Under the pieces are notes generated by a model. That model worked only from the letters and a program-made list of their open reading frames with translations, had not been told where the DNA came from and did not search any database. A stretch of DNA of 41,899 nucleotides from a bacterium (GTDB lineage: Bacteria; Armatimonadota; Chthonomonadetes; Chthonomonadales; CAJBBX01). Position 1 is the first letter of the stretch. Each line of letters begins with the position of its first letter. The translations under genes were made by a program, and so were the position numbers. Positions 1 to 6,800 of the stretch are shown in pieces. The DNA is taken from assembly GCA_009885735.1 (NCBI GenBank), contig VFKD01000033.1, positions 1-41,899 of the forward strand, written 5' to 3'.

Positions 1-215
1 AGCGGGCGTACGCTGAGAAGGGCTGACGGAGGACCGGGAACCGGAGACGGACACGGCAAGGGCGGCCTCACGCGAAGCCGCGAAGTCGCGAAGAGGTCAA
101 CGGCGTCAAGACAGCAGGCGACACACCGACGGGCAAGGATGACTGACGAATGACGAGTTGAGACTGGAACGGGTACTGGTTGGGCCCCAAGAGAGGTGTG
201 CAACTTTTGAACGAG

Positions 216-1445
216 ATGATAGGTCGACGCGCGGTATTGGGAGGGATAGCTGGGGCAGCACTTATGCCAACGAGCCTCCTGACTGGGCTCTCAGTCTGCA
301 GCAGCAAGCCGTTACGTTGCTTCTTCACCTCCGCGGGCAAGACAGCGATGATGAATGCGGACGGCTCCGGACTGCACGTGTTCGACTTCAAGGTGAAGGA
401 TCAGGTCACATGGCAGCCGGGACCGTCGTTCTCGGATGGGCGACGAGTCGTCTTCCTGAGCATGGAGCAGCGGCGAGATGGACCCGGCAAGCCTTTCGAG
501 GAGTTCTACACTCAGACTCCCACGCATCTCTGGATATACCACCTGGACAAGAAGACCTTAACGGAGATTGCGACCACAGATCGCATGGCGCCGTTCTACA
601 CTCCTGCGCTGCTGGTGAGCGACACGCGGCTGCTTGTTCAGGTGGTTCGAAACAGGGTGGGTCAGATATTCAGCATGGACCTCGACGGTGGCAACGCGAA
701 AGAGTTTACGAAGGCAGGAGAGGGCCTGCCCTACGGCCTGAGCCTGAGTCCAGATGGACGCAGAGTTGCCTTTCACTTGGCCAGTCCGCGCGGATATGAA
801 GTGTGGACCAGCGATGTGGACGGCTCGAACCGCGTGCGAATTGCCGGGCACCCGGACCATCTCTACTTCGGCACAAGCTGGTCGCCGGACGGCAAGTGGA
901 TTCTCTATCAGGATTGCCACTTCAAGCAGGACCCAGGCCACGACTGGTCGGACATCTGCGTGGGCCGCCCAGATGGTTCCGAGCATCGAGTGCTGACGAG
1001 TGGCCAGGGCCAGTGGTTTGGCGCGACGTACGGTCCGAAGGACAACCGCGCCGGAGGCTCCAACATGCCCGCCTGGACGAGAGACGGCTTCATCCTCTTC
1101 TCTCGAAAGCTCCCCGGCTCTCAGCCGCCCTGGGTATATCAGGCTCAGCGGCCCGACACGGACCACTTCAACCGGGAGTTCGACCTGGCAGCGGCGCGCG
1201 GCGGCACGGAGATCTGCCGCTTGAGTCCACAGAATGGCTCCGTGACGGCGCTCACGTCGAGCCAACCTGCTAGGTGGGACTTTCGGGCGAGCCCATCTCC
1301 AGATGGCTCGAAGATTGTCTTCTGCCGAGCGGAGACGGGCGGTTCTGCGGAGATTTGGGTGATGGACCAGGACGGCATGGGCCAGCGCCGGCTCACGCAG
1401 GGCCTTGATGGCAAGGGTGCGGATCATCCGCGGTGGGTGGGATAG
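216..1445 (+). CDS. Exported TolB-like beta-propeller protein (PD40/WD40-like repeats)
   Basis: ORF 180..1445. It has recurring propeller-blade motifs (LSLSPDGRRVAFH, SWSPDGKWILYQ, SPSPDGSKIVFCR) typical of TolB/PD40 repeats. The N-terminus MIGRRAVLGGIAGAALMP looks like a twin-arginine/Sec signal, so ATG 216 is preferred over the TTG at 180. Confidence 0.75.
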   Translation: MIGRRAVLGGIAGAALMPTSLLTGLSVCSSKPLRCFFTSAGKTAMMNADGSGLHVFDFKVKDQVTWQPGPSFSDGRRVVFLSMEQRRDGPGKPFEEFYTQTPTHLWIYHLDKKTLTEIATTDRMAPFYTPALLVSDTRLLVQVVRNRVGQIFSMDLDGGNAKEFTKAGEGLPYGLSLSPDGRRVAFHLASPRGYEVWTSDVDGSNRVRIAGHPDHLYFGTSWSPDGKWILYQDCHFKQDPGHDWSDICVGRPDGSEHRVLTSGQGQWFGATYGPKDNRAGGSNMPAWTRDGFILFSRKLPGSQPPWVYQAQRPDTDHFNREFDLAAARGGTEICRLSPQNGSVTALTSSQPARWDFRASPSPDGSKIVFCRAETGGSAEIWVMDQDGMGQRRLTQGLDGKGADHPRWVG

Positions 1446-1510
1446 GGCGCTACCAGGATGCACTCGGCAGGCTTTTCTGCACTGCTGCTTTTGGGGGCTG
1501 AAGATCGCAT

Positions 1511-1539
1511 TTGACACCCTGGCATTCGTTCTGTATAAT
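1511..1539 (+). promoter_or_regulatory. Consensus sigma-70 promoter (TTGACA-17 nt-TATAAT)
   Basis: TTGACA at 1511-1516, a 17-nt spacer, and TATAAT at 1534-1539. This is an exact consensus match at optimal spacing. It lies in the gap after the TolB-like gene and points toward ORF 1620..3101. Confidence 0.5.
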
Positions 1540-1619
1540 CCTGTTGTGCCTATCGGGCCTCATGTCTTCCGCATCGGAGCCGAGTTCGTATCCCGTCCAA
1601 CAAGGACACCTAAGTTGAG

Positions 1620-3101
1620 ATGAACGCCACAGCGGTTGGTACTGGCGTCGTGAACTTTTCGCGAGTGTCGCAGAGAGGCAGGAGGGCGCCACTCCCCGGC
1701 GCAGCTGCTAATGGTAAGCAAGCGACACATGCAGGGCTGATCACCGCAGCGGTCGCTAACGATCGCAGAGGTCCGGCACGGAGTCAACAGAACAGCATTT
1801 GCCACTCGAATTCCGGGGCATACAGCCTGTTGCAGACGTTCGCGGGAGCCTGTCCTGAGCGCTGGTCCGCTCACTCTGATCGTGTAGATTCCGCTCATCC
1901 TGAGCGTGGCTCAGCCGTATCGAGCCGCGTCATTCCCGCATGCCGTCAGCGGGAACGAAGGACAGCACCGTGGCAGAGTCGAAGGACCGTATCGTCGAGC
2001 AGTCGAAGGGACCCATCGGGCCTGAGAGTCCGCCGAGTGCTTCCCACGCGAACGGACAACTTGCTCAACGATGACCAGAATCTGGTGCAGATAGTGACGG
2101 GTGACCCCGTGGTCTACCAGCACCTACCTGGAATCTGGGGCAGCCTCTTCTCGGTGCGTTACTCGAACGCGAGCAAGATTGTGGTTCCCGACTTCCAGGG
2201 CCACAGCCGCTTGATGGTGAATAGTTCACAGGCCATCACAGAGACTGCAATCTACGACGCTTGGGGCGCCGAGGTGCTGAACATGACCAGCGGCAAGCTC
2301 GACTTCCGTTCCTGGGGCGCGTTGGGTTACTTCCGGGACAGCCCGACGAGGAGCTACGCGCGAGCACGGGAACTGCGGAGGGACTGGGGACGGTGGTTGA
2401 GCGTGGTCCCGATTGGGTTTGCTGGAGGGGATTGGAATGCCTACCTCTATGTCTCAAACGCGCCGGTTACGGCTTTCGATCCCTCCGGCATGCAGTATTT
2501 GTGCGCACCGGTGCCTCCAAAGCTGTATACGAAAGCTGCAGTCGAAGCTGCGAGCCAAGTAATAGAAGTTAAGGTATGGGATCACGCACATCCCAATGAT
2601 TGCCGATTCTGTAGCTGGGTTGAGCGGACGAAGAAGGTCCGCGTACGGACGAGCCTCGTTACAGAAGTAAAGCGCATGTTCAAGGCGATACACGATGCAC
2701 CAATCGAGAGCCGAGTTCCCATTCACACCTTGGGTCACTTCAATTGGCGCTGCAAACAAAACAACTCGTGCGCAGGGCTGTATGGGTTTAACGAGTGCAT
2801 CCGGATGATGGAACGAGCATATTGGCCCGGCGGCAGCGACGGTGAGAAGAAGTGGCTTAAGTTCTTTAACAAATGCGCATCGCCTCACTCTCAAGCCATG
2901 GCATTTGACATAAATGAGGACTACAACCCGATGACGTCCGGGCCTAATCCGTACCTTGATTGTGGCAGATGGCCTAACGTATGCTGCTATGCAATTCCCG
3001 ACGAAGGAGTGATCGTTAGAGCGTTCGACTGTTGGGTATGGGGCGGACACTGGAGGCAAGATACCAAGGACTACATGCACTTCAGCAAGAACGGCGAGTG
3101 A
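1620..3101 (+). CDS. Orphan Rhs C-terminal core fragment fused to an M15/LAS-type peptidoglycan peptidase toxin domain
   Basis: The ORF is open from 1620 to 3101. Nt 1808-1841 and 2010-~2435 align colinearly (constant offset 6229) with 8203-8232 and 8239-~8664 of the large Rhs gene (DPSGLRVRRVLPTRTDNLLNDDQN...). The core ends at AFDPSGMQ (DPSG at 2478). The ~200-aa tail carries LAS/M15 metallopeptidase motifs SPHSQAMAFD (H-x6-D) and WGGHWRQDTKDYMHF. The first ~65 codons are featureless and ATG 1620 has only a weak SD, so the true start and expression are uncertain. Confidence 0.7.
   Translation: MNATAVGTGVVNFSRVSQRGRRAPLPGAAANGKQATHAGLITAAVANDRRGPARSQQNSICHSNSGAYSLLQTFAGACPERWSAHSDRVDSAHPERGSAVSSRVIPACRQRERRTAPWQSRRTVSSSSRRDPSGLRVRRVLPTRTDNLLNDDQNLVQIVTGDPVVYQHLPGIWGSLFSVRYSNASKIVVPDFQGHSRLMVNSSQAITETAIYDAWGAEVLNMTSGKLDFRSWGALGYFRDSPTRSYARARELRRDWGRWLSVVPIGFAGGDWNAYLYVSNAPVTAFDPSGMQYLCAPVPPKLYTKAAVEAASQVIEVKVWDHAHPNDCRFCSWVERTKKVRVRTSLVTEVKRMFKAIHDAPIESRVPIHTLGHFNWRCKQNNSCAGLYGFNECIRMMERAYWPGGSDGEKKWLKFFNKCASPHSQAMAFDINEDYNPMTSGPNPYLDCGRWPNVCCYAIPDEGVIVRAFDCWVWGGHWRQDTKDYMHFSKNGE
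1842..2009. repeat. Compound copy of the dispersed CCTGAGC/GTCGAAGG repeat family, inserted in-frame in the orphan Rhs ORF
   Basis: 168 nt (56 codons, no stops) replace the 6-nt 'tcttac' (SY) present at the equivalent point of the main Rhs gene (8233-8238). The segment contains ...ttccgctcatcctgagcgtggctcagccgtatcgag... and ...gcagagtcgaaggaccgtatcgtcgagcagtcgaaggg, matching the repeats at 12634, 16431 and 32491. Confidence 0.75.
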
Positions 3102-3109
3102 GGCGTATT

Positions 3110-3646
3110 GTGATTTGCAGTCGCCAATTACGGCTTGTCGTTGTGCTGCTGCTAGTGACACGTCTAGTCGTGCCCGCCCACGCATTCGCGCTCCTCCGGG
3201 AGGACCGTGGGGCCAAGATTGCCAGGATCGCCTCGCGAGCTGGAGTTGTGACAGCAAAGGAGTGGAAGAGAGTAAAGCGACTTCTTGCATCCGGGAGTGC
3301 AACAAAGATTGCACCACTGCTCACGAATAAGGCTCGCCTTGTCGCTCAATGGACGCCGGTGTGGCCAAAGGTCGAACAACGATGGAGGCTCTCCAAGTCA
3401 GCGATACTCCGTGGACTAGATAAACCCGGCACGGGTCCAAAGGGCATGGAGGTTTTTCACGAACTTATCTACCAGGTTACACATTCGTGGGCGGACAAGT
3501 ACGAGAGGCGTGTGTCCAGAACAGTTTGGGAGATTGGTTCTGGCGAACCACAATCTGGAGCCGTCATTTGGGCGCGTGTATGCTTTTCCCGGGAACATGG
3601 CGAGCCTAAGATCATGAGAATCGATGCTAGGTTGCACGGAGAGTGA
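3110..3646 (+). CDS. Candidate immunity protein for the M15 toxin domain (signal-peptide-bearing, no recognisable domain)
   Basis: It lies in the frame of ORF 3032..3646. A GTG at 3110 sits 9 nt after the toxin stop (3099-3101) and gives (M)ICSRQLRLVVVLLLVTRLVVPAHAFA, which resembles a Sec signal with an AxA site. Position directly downstream of a polymorphic-toxin tail is the canonical immunity slot. The start codon is uncertain (ATG 3032 would overlap the toxin by 70 nt). Confidence 0.5.
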   Translation: MICSRQLRLVVVLLLVTRLVVPAHAFALLREDRGAKIARIASRAGVVTAKEWKRVKRLLASGSATKIAPLLTNKARLVAQWTPVWPKVEQRWRLSKSAILRGLDKPGTGPKGMEVFHELIYQVTHSWADKYERRVSRTVWEIGSGEPQSGAVIWARVCFSREHGEPKIMRIDARLHGE

Positions 3647-3807
3647 GGGCTGACATCCCACAGATTTACGGGACACACCTGCGAACGAGCGGTATTGAGC
3701 CACGCCAATCCCAGGAACATCGTAAGGGCTCTTTAGTGACGACGAGGCTTAGGAAGCTAGTTGACGGGCGCAAATACGCTGCGTGAGAGTGACTGTGAAG
3801 GACCGAG

Positions 3808-6800
3808 ATGATCCGCACCATCGACCCTAAACAGCTCGGTATACCGACCCTGGTACTTCCCCCAGGGTTCGGGGAAGCGCCTGCCTGCCGTCGCTGTGTG
3901 GAGTTCAGCCCCGGTCCCCGCCTTGACGGCACTCTGCTTGTCGACCCCGAGATTCACCTGCCCTCTCCCGGCATGGACGTGGATATCGCCTACTTCTACA
4001 ACGGCAACTCGACCTACAACGGTCCCTACGGCTATGGTCGCACCATCTCGCCGAACCAGCTGGCTGTTGCGAGCGGCGTTAACGCCATTGTCACCCTGCA
4101 GCGGGGCGACGGTTCGCTGGTGAGCTTCCAGGATGACGGGGCGGGTACCTTCAGGGCGAAGACTCCAGGTCTCCTGAACAGCCTTGTCAAGGACACCACC
4201 AACAGCTACTGGAAAGAGAGCACGCTCGACGGACAGACGCTCGCCTACCCATTGAACACAACTGGGATGGTCACCAGCATCGCCTACCAGGAGGACGCTT
4301 CCGGCAACCGGCACTCCTTCCTCTACTCCAGCGGCCGGTTGGAGACCCTGCAGGATGCAGTTGGGCGACGGGTCTCGTTCTCCTACGACGGCAACAACCT
4401 TCTGCAATCCATCCAAGACTGGGCGGACAGGCGCACGACGTTTCAGTACGACACGGTGAGCGTCTCGGGCAAGCCTCTCCTGGCGACGCTCATTGGCCCC
4501 TCGGGCTGCCAGACGGTCTACGGCTACACGACGGCCTACCTGGCAGGCCTGCCCGCTCTCACCCGGATTGTCGACCCGAACGGTTATGAAACGACCTACA
4601 TGTATGACCAGCAGGGCCGCATCACCAGCCGGGACGTAGCGGGTGCTGGGATAACGACTTACCTCTACCAGCCGACGACCATGATCCACATTGATGCGGT
4701 CGGCCAGGTCGCGACCTTGACGATGGACAGCAGCTTCGCCCTGCTTCAGGAGCAGTCTCCGGCCGGATACATTCTGACTTACACTCGCAACAGCCAGGGC
4801 CAGGTCACCGCCTCCCAGAACCCGCTCGGGTACGCCTGCACCACCAGCTACAATGCAAACGGGACCACGGGCGGAGCGGTGGATGCCTTGGGGTACATGA
4901 CCACTGTTCAGCGCGACGCCTACAGCAACGCGACGACCATGGTCTTTGCGGACGGGACCATTGCGACCATGCTCTATGGCTACGCAGGAAGCTCGTTCGA
5001 CACGACCGGCGTGAAGCGCAAGGTGCAGGTGGCCATCGGTCCGACAGGAACGAGAACCACCACGCTCTACAATGCGCGTGGGCAGGAGACCTCGGTCCAA
5101 GACCCGCTGGGTGGTTTTGTCTCGTACAGCTACGACTCTCTGGGGGACCGCGTGAGTGCGACGGACCCCACGGGCCGCACGACCAGCTATGTCCACGACG
5201 CGGCAGGCAACGTCATCGGAATCGTGGACATGCTCGGCTACCGCAGCAGTTTCTCCTACGACTCTCACAACCGACGCCTGACGGAGACCGACCCGCTGGG
5301 CTATACCCGCACGGTCGCCTACGATTCTGTGGGCAACAAGGTGGTGGAGATAGACCCGCTGGGGATGCGCTTGACCTGGACCTACAATGTGTTCGACAAG
5401 CCGGTTGACGTGGTGAACATGCTGGGCTACCGGGCCACGAGCGTCTACGACAGCCTGGGCCGCATGACCGCGCAGGTGGACCAGCTCGGCTACCGGACCT
5501 CGTTCCTCTACAACTCAGCCGGCCTAGCCGAGGCGGTGGTCAACCCGCTCGGTTACCGTTCGACGACCGTCTACGACGCAGCGGGCCGTCCCATCGCACA
5601 GGTGGATGCGCTGGGGAACCGCAGCACCGCGGTCTACAACGCCAACAACCAGGTCATTGCCTCCCAGAACGCTCTGGGGTACCTGAGCACCACCGTCTTC
5701 GACAGTCTTGGCAGGGTCTCCGCGCAGGTGGATGCCCTGGCCAACCGGACCACCACCGTCTACGGCCAGTCCGGACAGCCGGTCGCGGTGGTGAACCCGC
5801 TCGGCTATCGCTCTACCACGGTATACGACAACTCGGGCCGAGCCATCGCCAGACAGGATTCGCTGGGGTACCTGAGCACAACGGTCTACGATGCTGCGGG
5901 GAGACCGGTCGCCTCGGTCGATGCGCTGAACAGCCGCTGGACGACCCTCTATGACGAGGTGGGACGAAGACAGGCGCAGCAGGACCCGCTCGGTTACCGC
6001 AGTACGACGGTCTACGACGCGGCAAGCCGGGCCATCGCGGGTGTGGACGCGCTGGGATACCGCAGCACGAGCGTCTATGACGCCGCCGGTCACCGCATCG
6101 CGAGCCAGGACCCGCTCGGGAATCTTGCAACGGTGGTCTACGACGTTCTAGGGCGAGCGCAGGCAAGTATCGACCCCTTAGGCAACCGCGGCACCGCGCT
6201 CTACGACGCTGTCGGCAGGACCATCGCCTCCCAGAACCCGCTTGGGTACCTCAGCTCAACCGTCTACGATGCGGCGGGGCAGGCTGTCGGGTCGGTCGAT
6301 GCATTGGGAATCCGTTCGACCACTGTTTACGACGCCGCGGGTCGAGCAGAGGCGCGCCTGGACCCGTTAGGCAACCGATACACCAGCGTCTACGACGCCG
6401 CCAACAGAACCATCGCGGGCGTGGATGCCCTGGGTTACCGCTCGACTACGAATTACGATGCCGCTGGGAGATACCAGAGCTCCATTGATGCCCTGGGCCG
6501 GATGAGCACGACCCTCTACGACGCTGCCAGTCGCATGGTTGCCAGCCAGGACATGCTGGGGTACCGCAACACAACCGTCTACGACGCAGCAAACAGGCGC
6601 ATCGCCGGCCAGGACGCGAACGGGAACCTGAGCACGACAGTCTACGATGCAGCGGGCAGAGCCCTTGCCTTCCAGGATGCCTTGGGTTACCTCTCGACCT
6701 CGGTCTATGACGCTGCAGGACGCACCATCGCCTCGGTCGATGCCCTAGGCAACCGGTCCACGACCCAGTACGATGCCGCGGGCAGAGTGCAGGCAAGCGT

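Noticed and set aside
558-1517. A 319-aa minus-strand ORF overlapping the TolB-like gene.
   Set aside because: It is antisense to a plus-strand ORF with clear PD40 blade motifs. Its translation is Arg/Ala/Pro-rich with no motifs, so it is a GC-rich shadow ORF.
2454-3317. A 287-aa minus-strand ORF across the M15 toxin tail and the start of the immunity candidate.
   Set aside because: The plus-strand frame carries specific LAS/M15 catalytic motifs and is continuous with the Rhs core. The antisense ORF spans a gene boundary and has no recognisable features.
3757-5268. A 503-aa minus-strand ORF, together with similar ones at 5524..6093 and 6745..7437, lying antisense to the Rhs gene.
   Set aside because: These ORFs lie wholly antisense to a gene with unmistakable YD-repeat periodicity. 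Their translations are Arg/Val/Gly/Asp-rich low-information sequence, typical of stop-poor antisense frames in GC-rich repetitive DNA. They have no SD or start context.
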